Shown: in pieces, positions 1 to 12,769 of the stretch
How positions within the stretch are numbered: position 1 is the first letter of the stretch
Layout: each line of letters starts with the position of its first letter
Assembly (NCBI GenBank): GCA_028534125.1
Contig: CM052817.1
Span: 12,588,001-12,652,000, forward strand
DNA from: Lama glama
Lineage: Eukaryota
DNA length: 64,000 bases
Reading direction: 5' to 3'
Made by a program: the position numbers and the translations under genes
Notes under the pieces: model-generated
Database searches by the model: none
Told to the model about the DNA's origin: nothing
Seen by the model: only the letters and a program-made list of their open reading frames with translations

Positions 1-394
1 AAATATAAAATTTATTATCCTATTTATGAATGCTCAGCATTCATGTTTTGTATGTTTTGTTCCTTGCATTAGACTGACTTGCTTTGATTATATTTAACTA
101 GCATAATCTTTTTGTTTCTCTGCCTCAACCCTAGAGCCAGTTTAAGACACCCCGTAACTGGTACTTTCCAACCATGAGGAAAGGTGCCCTTGGCAATTTC
201 CTTGCACTCCTTTCCCACCTGAAGGACCCTTCCTCAAACTAATCTCAAACTGCCTGGGCTCAGACTCCTGGGATTGTGTCTTGTTTTATAGACAAGAAAG
301 TTCTTCCTACAAGTACCTCTCCCTTGGCATCCTTACTGGAGATACTCAACACTTCATAGTGTCTGCTGCCCCATATTTGATGGAGGATGACTGT

Positions 395-482
395 GGCTAC
401 TGTAGATTAAATAAAGTAACTCATAAAAAACGCTTAGGGCAGAGCATGTCACACAGTAAACGTGCCATTCAATGTCTCGGTT
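395..482 (+). mobile_element. MIR SINE, 3' fragment
   Basis: tgtagattaaataaagtaac...cgcttagggcagagcatgtcacacagtaaacg resembles the MIR 3' end (gtgaggattaaatgag...gcgcttagcacagtgcctggcacatagtaag). Confidence 0.65.
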
Positions 483-1694
483 TAACATTCTTTTCTTCTG
501 CCTCGTTGAACTCTGGGCACACAAGTTATCTCTGGCATTTGACTCTCAGCTCCCTCTGATTAGCTTTATTTTGGATGCACGTCTACCTTTTGTGGCTCTG
601 AACTGCCCTGGCGGTTAAGGCCCCTGGGAATCCCAACTTTGGCGCGGGATGCTTGCTTATTATCCAGGCTGCCGTAAGTTCTCCCTCCCATTCTTCACGG
701 GGGACGGGAGGATTCAGAACTATTTGGAGTTCAGCTGCTTCATAAATCACATTGCATTTCAGTTTATTCAATAGTTTATGAATAATCGTGGAGACAAAGG
801 GAAGAAGGACATTTATATGACTTAGGCAGCCGAGGGGTGTCTGGGATGCTGGCGGTTACACTGCATTCGGAAGAGTGTCAACTCTGCTCTCATATGTCTG
901 CCAGACCTGGACAAAAGAGTCTGTCATTCCCAACCAGACGAAAGCACATCAGTATCAACACTACGTGTAAATGTGGAGTTATCCAAAGCTGGTGCGTTTG
1001 TCTTTTCAGCCAAGTTTGAGACAGCAGAGGGTGTCTGTCGTGCCAAACACGTGGGACACACAAACACTCCCCTCAAGTCCCGTCTCCAATCCGCTGCCAT
1101 CTGCCCCCAGACTGAACTTGAGATCAGAGTTACACAGAATTATTCCCGTATAGTCAGCGCCAGCGTCACAGATCCAAACACTGAGCAGAGAGCGGTGGTC
1201 ACAGTGTCCAGACAGAGGAGTGACCTTTGGAAACTCCTTCATGCCTCAGTTTTTAAGATTCTACTGTTTAGGGTGGTGGCAAAGAGCAAATCAGGCAATT
1301 CAGAGGAAACATCTAAGACGGTTCCTGGCACAAAGGAAGAACGTCCTCCATGGAGTCTGTGGCTCTTCTTACTCAGGATAGGACCTACGCAGCCACAACT
1401 GATACAATTCAGAGTGGTGCTGTTTGAACAAAACAGATAGGACAAAGGGGACTAAGATGTTGTGGGGGACCTCCACTCTCTCAATGATGGCTGCTTCCTC
1501 CGACTTACTCCTCAGTAATCCCTATTCACCAAGACTCCCAGGAAATTACCCGAAATTCATTTCTACCAATATGAAAAGATTCCTAGAAACTCAAAGTGAG
1601 ACCTCTTATAAGAGGAATATTTCTTGTTTTAGAGAATTAATATAAACTTCGGTTAAAGACAAAAAAAAAAAACTCTAGCTGAAATTTCACTGAT

Positions 1695-1930
1695 CGAGCA
1701 ATTCATTTATTCAATTATTCATCAAACCTTTCTTAACATCTACCATAGCCAAGAACCCTGCTAGGTACTCCCTAGCAAGGAAGGTTAAGACAGGAATTTT
1801 TAGAGCCTGGTTGGGATCTTGTATCCATAAACAGATAGCTATGTGTCAAGGTACAATGACTGCTGCAATGACTTATGCATTAAAAAAAAAATTTTAAGAA
1901 CCTAAAGGAGAGCTTTCCTTTATTTCCAGT
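1695..1930 (-). mobile_element. L2 LINE 3' fragment
   Basis: attcatttattcaattattcatcaaacc...catctaccatagccaagaaccctgctaggtact is the reverse-strand L2 tail pattern. Confidence 0.55.
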
Positions 1931-2651
1931 GAAGGAAAGTGATTGGGTTGGAGGGAAGAATTTATGTACTCCAAGCAAAATGACATCAAATCACCCAAAC
2001 AGCTGTCTACTTCTGTTAGGTAAAGAATGCTGCTGGATAGCTAATCACTGGCAGGAGCTATATAAATACACTTTATATGGTAAAATAAGTGCAATAAATT
2101 ACAGTCCTGTTTCCAGAATTCCTCTAATTTCTATATAAGAGGGGCTGGGTTTTGAGGTACATGTTGGAAAAGTGGGCTGGGGGTTTTCTTGAAGCTGTGT
2201 TTGCCTAGCAATCATGCATTTTCTTTAGATCATATGTTTATTTGGGGCGATTGTGGTGCTACTGAAGATGCCACGGTTCTATTAGAATTCATGGTACCTT
2301 TGCATGTGTCCCTCTCATTATGCAAATTGGGAATTAGCAACCAAAAACTAGACATTCCAGCTTCAAGCAGTAAGTTAGATAAAAACTGAGTATACAGTTT
2401 CCAGCTGGCTGAATTTTGTTTCTCAGTAATTAATAATTATATTTCATATTATTTTCTTTAAACCTAATTATATTTCATATGCTTTTTTAAAAGACTGTTA
2501 ATAATGCTGATTATTGGGAAGGAAAGATTGCTATAAAATGCTTTGTAAATTAATAAATATAGTTCTATGTGCTACGTCTTTGTGTCTTTCTAACATAATT
2601 GTGATATTGAAATATCACTTTTTTTTTTACTTTTTGTATGTCTTTTTCTTT

Positions 2652-3298
2652 CTTTTTTTTATTCAAGTATAGTCCATTTACAATATTGTGTTAATTTCTG
2701 GTGTACAGCATAATAGTTCAGTCATACATATACATACATATATTCCTTTTCATATTCTTTTTCCTTATAGGTTACTACAAGATACTGTACAAGATACTGA
2801 ATATAGTTCTCTGCACTATACAGTGTAAGCTTGTTGATTATCTATTTTATATATAATAGTATATGCAAATCTCAAACTCCTGATTTATACATTCCAAACT
2901 CCCTTCTTCTCCTGGTAACCTTAAGTTTGTTTCCTATGTCTGTGAGTCTGTTTCTGTTTTGTAAATAAGTTCGTCATTTTTTATTTTTTAGATTCCATAT
3001 ATGAGTGATATCATATGGTATTTTTCTTTCTCTTTCTGGCTTATTTCACTTAGAATGACAATCTCCAGGTTCATCTATGTTGCTGCAAATGGCATTATTT
3101 TATTTTTTGTGGCTGAATAGTATTCCATTGTGCAAACATTACACAACTTCTTTATCCAGTCATCTGTCGATGGACATTTAGGTTGCTTCCATGTCTTGGC
3201 TATTGCAAATAGTGCTGCTATGAACATTGGGGTGCAGATGTCTTTTTAAATTAAAGTTACCTCTGGATATATGTCCCAGAGTGGGATTGCTGAATCAT
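2652..3298 (-). mobile_element. Lineage-specific (camelid-like) L1, 5'-truncated 3' end
   Basis: Poly-T head, then caagtatagtccatttacaat...tttctggtgtacagcat...ggttactacaagat...gtggctgaatagtattccattgtg...gagtgggattgctg (L1 3'UTR plus end of ORF2); 12-bp tandem duplication tacaagatactg at 2776-2799; matches other copies in the window. Confidence 0.92.
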
Positions 3299-3299
3299 G

Positions 3300-3425
3300 A
3301 TCATTTTCATTTTACAGATGAGGAAATTGAGGTTCTGAGCAGTTAATTTTGTATCCCGAGATATACAGCTGAGGGATTTGGAGGTAGGTTTCAAACCTAG
3401 ATTTTCTTGGTCCAAATTTTCTATT
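3300..3425 (-). mobile_element. MIR core, interrupted by the adjacent L1
   Basis: cattttacagatgaggaaattgaggttctgagcagttaa is the MIR core. Confidence 0.8.
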
Positions 3426-4899
3426 TTCTCGCTTAAAAAAATGAATTACATTTTATCAGGACTAGAACTCCAAAATTCAAGAGCTACTAGATATTCAAGA
3501 GTCTAATTATGTATGAGGAAACGGAGAGTTTAAGCAGCCAGTATCATAAAGCTGGTACGAGAGGTAAAATGAGAAGTCATAGCTCCTGTCTCTTCCATTA
3601 TACTGAGTTGCCCGCTCTTTCTGACCATGAAGTTCAGAAACAATCCTAAGACAGATTTTCTTTCCCATGCATTTCATTCCACTTGATTTCCTCTCTGTTT
3701 GAGTTAGCAACAGCTTAGGTAAGAGGAAATTCTGGAGCCAAGTCAAGTCTGCTATTAATTATTTCTCTGCATTTACAAGAAAATCAAGATTACAGTGTAT
3801 AGCTCAGAGATATGATAGATGGCTTTTCTTGCTGTTTAAATCATCAACACTCTCAGTGAATGAGTCATCTGCATTCTAAAGTGGGAATTTAGACTAGAAA
3901 TTACAACTGGCAACCTGTAGCCAGGAGAGCTGAGCCTATTTATTGAAGATACCAGTGCCTCGTCAGAGGTACAAAACTGAGTTCTAAGGGGGTCTGGTAT
4001 CCTGCAGCTGGGAGGGGAAGGGCAAAAGGTGAATTGTATTTTTTAAGCCTGTCACTTTGAAAACTCCCTGCTTCAAAATGCATTTCCAGGATTGTCGACT
4101 TCACAGCAGCAGTGAAGCGGGAGAAGCAAAGGCATCTTTGGAAGGAGCTGCACACAGCAGCACTTAATCTCTCCCCAGGCTTGTGAGAACCTGCTTATCT
4201 GGCAGGTTTTTCCAAGCACGCTCTGCTCCATGGACAATGGAGTTGGCAATCTGGAGACTGTAGCTTCATAATAGAGAGGCTTTGGGGGAGAGAAGCTTCC
4301 TTTTAAAAGGATCTAAATGGATAAGTATTAAATGACTTCCCTGCAAAAAAGTTCAAATAGTTATTGAATATATTCAGGTTCCATTCTGATCTCCCGCTTT
4401 GAACACTTGAACCCTTTTTTGCTGGGTATTATGCTGCAATTTTATGGTAGGTTAAATGATGCCACCACGTGCATTCAAGTTATTCTTGAAATGGTTATTA
4501 TAGCATTTCTTATATAGCATTGAATAGTCCATCAATGAATGACATCTCAATTTGCCAACCAGTTTCAAAATAGTGTGTGGTACGTAACCAGAAAAACTGG
4601 CATTGCTCACCTGTATTCTGGTTCCAGTTGCATCACTACTGAGTTCTATTATGATTTAAGTCAAAGCTTTTAACTTTAGAAATACATCACTGAAAGCCTG
4701 TGTCAAGGCCAATGCTATTTTCAAGGAATAGAAATACATGTAAAGAATTAAAAACAAAATAAAACAAAAAAATAAGTAAGAGGCTTATTTTTGTGAGAAT
4801 ACAAGAGGAAAAGATCACAAAAGCTTAGATTGGATTCAGTTGGGCTGCATGGAGACTGATTCACTTAAGATTTAAAAATTAGGACAGAAGATGACTATA

Positions 4900-5425
4900 A
4901 ATTAAGATTTGTATGTCTATCAAGATACCGTATGCCCGAGTATTATGTGTAGAAAAAATAAGGGTATCTTTTATCACATAAATCACTAAATCTAAAGATA
5001 CTTTAGCTATGGATGGATTATTTCAAAATGTAACAAAATCATCAGAGACCAAGGCTGTTTTCTTGCTTCCACTGTACCATTTCAGGGTGAAGGATGTGGT
5101 CCTTTGGTTTGTCACCTTGTGGTTACAAGATGGCTGCTCTAGTTCTAGACATTGCACCCCTCACCGACATCAACCAAATGCAAGAAGAGCAGGTTTTTTT
5201 TTTTTTTAATGTCTTTTTGAGACCAGAATAGAACTTTTCCAAGAAGTCCCAGTATCTTCTCTTGGACTTGGTTCGCCATTATTGGGCCAGGTGCCCACTC
5301 TCCAGCTACATGGGAGGGTGAAGAAATGCTCATCTGGTATCATCAACCAACAGACTAAGAAACTGCTCTGCACAGATGGGAAAATAACAAAAGGGAGACA
5401 AGTACTTGAGCAGACAACTAGTGAC
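4900..5425 (-). mobile_element. MaLR LTR (MLT1J/K/L-like)
   Basis: ggttacaagatggctgctctagttctagacattgcacc...ttttccaagaagtcccag...tgggccaggtgcccactctccagctacatgggagg. Confidence 0.7.
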
Positions 5426-6619
5426 ATCTGCCATTGCTTTCCTCTTTCTCAGAGGTCACTTGGATGTTATCGGCAGTTGGTTTCTGTTTCCATGAATTTT
5501 TGATACATTTGCTGGGCTTACTGTGTATGTGGCTGGAAGCTGACAGTCTCTACCTTAGACTCTTCAGGAACCTCCCATACTGCTTAACCTACATCTTCCA
5601 GGGCCCCAACCTCACATTTCTGAAATTCTTGATAGGAGAAACTTACTGACCCAATTCAAATATTCAAGCTGTCTGATAAGTGCTAAGTGAATGCTTTGGT
5701 TAGGTTGGATTTGTTGAGGGCGGGCAGAGTAGGATCGCATGGTTCAGTTCAGATTCGGCAGTATTGTAGTGATGCTAGCTATGTCTAGGGTACTCTGAAT
5801 ATAGATCCCCAAGGCTTACAGACGCACTTCCTCTTCCAGTATGCTGGCGATGTATATTATTCTGGGTCTCATCTATTCCATATCCTTATTTTCAATATAA
5901 GCATCAGTCAGTGAAAACAACCTTCATGCTACTTATCAAGTAGCCTTTTTGCTAAGTATACATATTCTTATAAATACCATTAAATAATGCATATGAGTGT
6001 ACTTTAAAAAGTGTTTTTAAAAAATCTGTTACATTTGTAAATTATTCTAGTTCCATAAATAGAATAAGTAATTCAATCATCCTAGACATTTTCTAGACTG
6101 AAATACAGGCTAAAGCATATTTTCTAATGTCTGGCATGATAATGCAAAATGCGCAGGATTTTCTGCTTTTACATCCTTTAGAATCTAGATGTTAGCTGTT
6201 AATGTGTAAGCACCAAGGCTATTACATTTATTTGCAAATTTCCCATAATTTAATCTAGACTACAGTAATATATGTAAAAATGACCACAATAATGGACTGA
6301 TTATATTGTATTCTTAAAAACTAGAGTTTTACTTCACTATGTTAGAATTAAATGATCTAATAATTTGAAAAGTATTAATTTATTCCTAAGACTTAACGAT
6401 AAATACAAACAGCTTCACTCTACTGTGATTGTTACCAAGTACACCTTACTCTTGAGGAAACCATGGCCCCTATAACAAGAGTTTCTAGATAATGTAAAAT
6501 AATTAATGGGAACGTCAAAGCAAAATTATGGAATCTTGTAAAGGTTATTCTTAAATGATATCATCAAACATCTCAAGATCTGGAACTGTAGTCTTGCCAT
6601 GTTATGGCACCAAAATCTA

Positions 6620-7025
6620 GCTCAGTATATTCAATGCATATTACTGAACGCAGCAGACAACAGTCCATGGTTTATACATCACATCGACTACTCACTACGT
6701 CTGGTAAGATCCAATGCTAGACTCTGAAGTCCGAAGAGTAAGATAATATTTCTGCTCTCAGTGGTCTTTCAACTTAGGTGAAGGAATGTGTTGTGGATAA
6801 ATGAAAACGTAACTACAGCTAAGGCTTTCTGTGAGAGTAAACAAATTTGTGATGCTTAAAATAAACACTAAACATTCCAAAGAAGTTATTTCCTGTTCTC
6901 TGAGGACTCAGTCAGGTATAAGGACTCAGTTTATCTCTCGTGTAGGCCAAGAGAAAAAATTGCATTTGGACATTCTGAGGGTAAAGAGTCATGCAAAGGC
7001 ATATGCAAAACATGGAATAGCACAG
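6620..7025 (-). mobile_element. L2 fragments, degraded
   Basis: tattcaatgcatattactgaacg...tctgctctcagtggtctttcaac...catgcaaaggc; weak L2-like pattern. Confidence 0.4.
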
Positions 7026-7689
7026 GTTGGCACCGTATTTTGGCTCCTCTATTTTCTGTCTGTCTATCCATGCAGCCATCTATCGTTATTTATCTTTATT
7101 TATAGCTAACTATAATCAATCTATCCATCCTTTGATTTTTTAAATCACTGACAATTTGGGACTTTGATGACTGTAATTAACCTTGCAACCAAAACTATGC
7201 ATATGTGCCTACATGAAACTTTCATTGCTATGAAGTCAAGAACAACTCTGAATCCTCCTCATGCACCTACATTAGACTCACTCCCCCCAAACAGAGTAAT
7301 CCAGGTGGTATTTTCATTGGAACCATCGGTTCCAGGAGCTCTGAGTCTTTTGTCATGAATCCTTAAAGCACAAGAGAGCAAATGATCAGTAGATCTTAGG
7401 ATCTAACAACCCACTGAGAGGCTGACTTTTTAATTTCTGTTTTTAACAAAATCCAAGCAAATTTTGTAACATCTAGCACATATATCTGTGTATTGAAACA
7501 CAAAAATCATATTATAAGTTATTTGCCATCTGAAAGGGTCATGTTTATCTTATGACTTCACATGCCGTCTTCACATTAGTTAGTATCACCCCCCTCCTTT
7601 GCTGATCATCCTATAAATGTGAGAACTAAGTTAAGAACTACTTGGTAAGGACTAGCTTCAGATTATGCTGAAGGTCTCCTTAGCTTAAC

Positions 7690-8092
7690 AGAAAGAATCT
7701 TCCAGGATCTGACTTTTATCTGGTTATATCTCTTGCCCATCATAGCTCAGCATTGAAATATCTACTCCAGACTCAAACTGCCTCCAGAACTCTGTCCACT
7801 CTCCCTTCCATGTCTTTGTTCACACTGTACCCACTGTTCAAATGTCCTCACTCCCATCATTGCCTGTCATTTCCTGTTCATCCTTTCAAATGCATCTTTG
7901 TCTCTTCTTCTTGAAGCCTTTCCTCAACCTCTAGGTCTCTACCTGCTATTACATTTGCCCATTGCACATTAACCATCTGTTTATGAGTTTATTTCTTCTG
8001 CTAGCTACATTATCCATCAGCATATCTCCCATGTGTCCCAGAAGAGTTCCTGGAATGTAATGGATGCTCAGTAAATGTTGGTGCAAGTTAAG
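7690..8092 (+). mobile_element. L2 3' end
   Basis: catgtctttgttcacactgtacc...ttcatcctttcaaatg...gaagcctttcctc...cctggaatgtaatggatgctcagtaaatgttgg. Confidence 0.75.
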
Positions 8093-8164
8093 CTGGTTGA
8101 ACATGGTAGACTTCATCTGAAAATCTCCGAAAACAATGTTGACAAGATAAAAATAATATTAAAA

Positions 8165-8412
8165 AAATGTATTCTGGAAGTCGGGAAGGGTAGTGTGGGC
8201 AGAAGCCAGGCAAACCAATGAGGAAGCTACTATAATTGACTCTTGTTCAGGAATAGGTTAATACAGGCCAGAAATACGGTAGAAATGCTGGGAATGAAGT
8301 GGAAGAAACAACTTTAAGAAGCAAGCCTTATAGATTTGAGAATGAGACAAAAGAAGGTCAAAGTTACTTCTGAAGTTTCCAGACTGAGTGATAACGAGGG
8401 TGGAGGTGTCCT
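8165..8412 (-). mobile_element. L2 internal fragment
   Basis: ggcaaaccaatgaggaagctactataat...gaaggtcaaagttacttctgaagtttccagactgagtga. Confidence 0.55.
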
Positions 8413-9344
8413 TTGTTTCATTCAAAAGATTGCTTCCATTTGTTACTTCGGAGGGAGCAGTAATGAGCAGAAATCACTTCAAAAGGAGAGGACGAAAGCT
8501 GAGCTCAGAGGTCAGCTGCAAAGTAAATAGGTGGCTTCAACGCTGGTGGGAAAATATGAAGGCTACCCGCTAAAACCAATAGCCGTCCACTGTCAGGGAG
8601 AGCCAAGCTGAAGGGGAACCTTGTCGTGAGAGTGGGAGAGAAAGCAAGTATCCTCTTGGATAAAGTCCCATTAGGCACTGTTACACAAGCAGTTACAACC
8701 AGAGGAAATGAGGCTAAGACAGCTTGGAGGTGGAACCCACGGAGGTTTCTAGTCTCACCCACACTCTCACAGCCAGCTCAGCAAAAACTATCATTTCTAA
8801 GCACAAAGTCCCTAGAATCACTCTTTTTTATGTTATAATATCTATAAATGTAAGTATTCATTTCTTTTTGTTTCAATGCCAATTTTTTTTAAAGACCAAC
8901 TTAGTCATGTATTCCTTATTATTACCTGGGTTCTGTTTCCATGTCATGGTACCAGGCCACTCCAGTTAACAAGAAGCTCACCCAACTAGCCTTACCATTT
9001 GCACTGAACCAGTTCAACCCAGAAAATAATTTCTTTCATGGCTAGCAACTTTCTTAACTGGAAACTAAATTGGCTGTGGTGAAGAACCAGCTGTCTCCCA
9101 TGGGCTCCTTCCAAGTGGAAGCTCTCTCTTATGTGTTAGGGTGTCAGCCTTGGCTAACAGTGTCCTGCGGGCCCTTCTCTTACCTGCTTCCTTATCATGT
9201 CTTCTTCCCTCCTGGACTTACTACAACAACAATCTCAGCTGAAGTGTTTCTTTATCAAGCCTGTGCCAGAGCTGGCCCAGAGCTGAGGCTGGACAGTCCC
9301 TAAATATCTGATAGGAAAACAGCCATAAGTGCGTCTTGGAGAGA

Positions 9345-9560
9345 CATACATTGATTTGTTCATTCATTCATCATTTGTTCATTCATACATTCATTCATCC
9401 TCTAACTCATGCATCCCCCTCCTTTTTAAACAATATCTCCTGAGTATTATTTATGTCTCAACCATGGTGTTCACAGTGTTTGACAGGCATGAAGGATAAT
9501 CAGGGGAGAGTAAGAGATAAAAAAATGTAGACAAGCATACCGGAAATAAAGTGGTAGTCA
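9345..9560 (-). mobile_element. L2 3' tail with (TTCA)n
   Basis: ttcattcattcatcatttgttcattcatacattcattcatc followed by aaacaatatctcctgagtattatttatgt. Confidence 0.55.
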
Positions 9561-9569
9561 AGGTATAGG

Positions 9570-9727
9570 CTGTGACAGATACCTAAATCAGTGTCACTTG
9601 TGATGCTTTTTAAAAATTCAGATTCCTGAGCTCAACCTCTGATTTAGAATCACTAGGATGAAAATCCAGAAACCTTCACTCACAGCCAAATGTTCTCGCC
9701 ACACACTGAAATGTGTGAACCACTGCT
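9570..9727. mobile_element. MER5-type hAT-Charlie DNA transposon
   Basis: ttttaaaaattcagattcctgagctcaacctc...gaatcactagg...tgaaatgtgtgaaccactg (terminal inverted repeat end). Confidence 0.75.
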
Positions 9728-10279
9728 GTAGAGAAAGGAGTGTTTATTTTGAATATTCCCTTGGAAAGCTCTAGTGTGATTAAAGATTATGCATACATAT
9801 ACTTGTTTAAGTGTCTAAACCAGAGAAGAATCCTAAAGACCATGTGGCTTCATGGACGTATAGAAAAGGAATGGGTCCTCTTATTTTATATATGAGGTGA
9901 GGTGATATGTTTGATGTCATAGATCTCTGACTTCTCATAATTGTGTTTCCAAGTAAGAATGAGACCATGCCTGGGAAATTATTTTATCATTGTATCTAGA
10001 GAATAACTACTAAACACAAAAGGGTGTATTTAACTGTTGATATATCCTTTGCATCTGGACATGAATTAAAGAAAACACTCATAAATTATATAAATTCATA
10101 TATTAAAATATTTTGGAATCTGTGTCTAATGTTCCAAGGATATAAGTTTTATTTGGAAAATCTTAAAAAAATGGAATTTTACTTTTTTTAGGCATTGCAC
10201 AAGTGGATGTCATTCTGGTGTTACCTCTTGAGGTGAACTCAGCTTAAACTTGGTGATTTATTAAAAACAAAAATCAAAA

Positions 10280-10530
10280 CCAACACTGAATGAGGACTGG
10301 TCTAGATCCTGATATTATGGTGATTGACTCATGGCCCAGGCTTCTGGAAGGAGACAGATGAACAGGCAAATAAAGTACAGTTGGTAAATACTATAATGGA
10401 AAGATACCATGGGAACTCATAACTGGGTGGGGCTAGCAAAGGAAGTCTTCTTGGAGAATGTGATGGCTCAGCTGAATTTTGAAGAACAAGTAGATGTTAA
10501 CCAGGAGATCTGAGTGTACATGTAGGGTAG
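10280..10530 (-). mobile_element. L2 fragment
   Basis: ggagacagatgaacaggcaaat...gtcttcttggagaatgtgatggctcagctgaattttgaagaacaagtagatgttaaccagg. Confidence 0.65.
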
Positions 10531-11669
10531 AGGAAGAGGGTGTGTGTGTGTCTGATGTGGAGGAAGTGGTCAATGATGGTGAGAAGTGGAATATTTTCTC
10601 TACATTCCACCTCTATTGTTCACCTCTCTCTAATGCAGCACACCTATCCTCACATCAGTCTGATTCAAACTGTATGCTTGGCACCAAAACAAAACAACCA
10701 CAAAACGTGAGGTTGCCTGGGCTCCAAATACCCGCATTTTGAAATTTGCTACATTGGTGAGGTCTTCTGTCCTCAGTTCTATATAATCCTCTAAACCTTG
10801 CCTAGATTCCCAGAACCTGTGTGTGCCTCCTGGGTGACTGATTTATTCATTTTGGGGTCCTCTCTGGCTTCTTGCCTACTTCTTTTTGTTGTTGTTGTTT
10901 TATTCTTGGGTTCTGCCTGCAGTCATGTCTAGTTTTTGCCTTCTGAAGTCTGCCTCACTTTGGTTGTTTACATTCTCAACTCCTATCCTATTGTGGAAGA
11001 TGGTGTGACACCATCCAAATACTGGCTCTTCTTGAGTTAGCAACGTAGTTGCATATATATTTTTCCCCTCAGGCATGTTGTTGGATGAGTTCACTCATAC
11101 TTGTTCTACTTCAAGCCAGTCTGTACCAGGCTTCATCTGATTACTTCATTCTGCGAGAGAGCCAAATACATAATTGAGTAGGTGTAACCACTGAGTTGCT
11201 AAGACTCCAGGGATTGTCATGCCTTTGTTTGGGGAAATAAGAGAAATGCACTATTGAAATATAATGCACAGGATTAACAACACATACAATGGGCCTTCAA
11301 ATCTGCTTTTTCTTCTCTGAATCATAATCAAATGCACCAAAATGGCTGCCTCAGCTTTTCAAATGAGATTGGCTATAAAGACAGTAAAACAATTAAGATA
11401 TATTAATATCTAACTGAAGTTGTCAAATCATTGAACTATTAAGGAAAGCCTTCCTACCTGCTCCTTTGACTTAACTCAAAGATCCTGCGGCTGCCCTAAA
11501 GTAAAATTCCTACTGTGCCAAGATGAATATTTATTGTTTTAAAAGTAAAAGTGGAGGGCCCACCTCCCCCTCTTCTTCATCTGGTGAGTTCATGTTCCCC
11601 ACTCCCATTCTCTGACTCTGGGTCTTGGACGGACTGACCCCATTCTTATTTTTAGTGATGTGCTCATAT

Positions 11670-12062
11670 AAATATATGACCCCATATGGGCTGATGAGAG
11701 TCAGACCTAGAACTTTTATTTGAATTTTCAAGGAAGAATTACTTTGTTACAGACTTGGAGCTGGGATTCAGTATGTTGCTGGAAGCCATTCTACCTGAAA
11801 ATGCTTGGGGCCAATGAAGAGCAAAACAAAGAAGAGAGCTGAGAGATAGGGAGTCCCGATAATGTCTGAGCCTGTGAGTCTGGCTATGCTTCCAAGTCAA
11901 AGCCACCCTAGATTCTTAAGGCATGTGAATCACTGGCTTTGTTTTATGCTTCTATTTTATTTGTTTGTTTGCTTGTTGTTTGTTGTTTTTTGTTTATTTT
12001 TTAGCCAGTTTCATTTAGATCTTTTAAAAAAAATGAACCTAAAAGAATCTTGCTTAATGTAT
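11670..12062 (+). mobile_element. MaLR LTR (MLT1J/K-like) 3' part
   Basis: ggaagccattct...agagctgagagat...tgagcctgtgagtctggctatg...agccagtttcatttagat...aacctaaaagaatcttgcttaat. Confidence 0.65.
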
Positions 12063-12659
12063 TTGAGAAATCTACTCAATGTTGTCTTTAACGTGGTAAG
12101 ATTTCTTTCCTTGGTCTTAACCTCCACTCCTGTTTTCTTATTGTGATGTGCTCGTGATGCCCTGTTAGAGCATCTTGTTTGTTTTATAGCAGAGCCACAT
12201 TTGCCTAAGCCTGCTCCAGTAACCTCTGTCACCTTGGTAAGTAAGAACTGTGCATGTTCATTCACTTTCATACACAGCCACATACATGCATGACTTGAAT
12301 AAAAGACACTCTTCCATGACAATAAATTAATTTATTGGGCCTCAACACTCAGAATTGAGTTTCAGTGTCTGATTTGATGAGAATCACTGCTGCTTAACTC
12401 TGTCATTTGTTGTTCATTTTATTTGCAGAAGGTCAGGACTATAATTTGAGGCTTTCTCCCTAAGCTTCCATGATGGAGATGAATTTATCAAAGAGGTGGG
12501 GAGTTGTCCTGTCATTTTGAGGAACACGACACCCAAGTCATCAGAAAGAAGACTTATCGGGAGTCAAGATCAATTTTCAAGAATAGGAAAATAAAAGCAG
12601 AACTCAATTTGTGTCAAAATAAAGGACATAGGAGTTCATTCAGATTGATAACTAATGAT

Positions 12660-12769
12660 TAATAGAGATCTTATTTATGCGGAACTTTCTCTGGGCCATT
12701 CACCTATACATATTAAGCTACCTCCCAAAGTAACACTGTGAGGTAGTTATGATTAATCACATTTTGCAT
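12660..12769 (-). mobile_element. MIR fragment
   Basis: taacactgtgaggtagttatgattaatcacattttgca, cut by the following LTR. Confidence 0.55.

Noticed and set aside
4221..4241. REST/RE1-like motif (ctccatggaca)
   Set aside because: Too many mismatches in both half-sites
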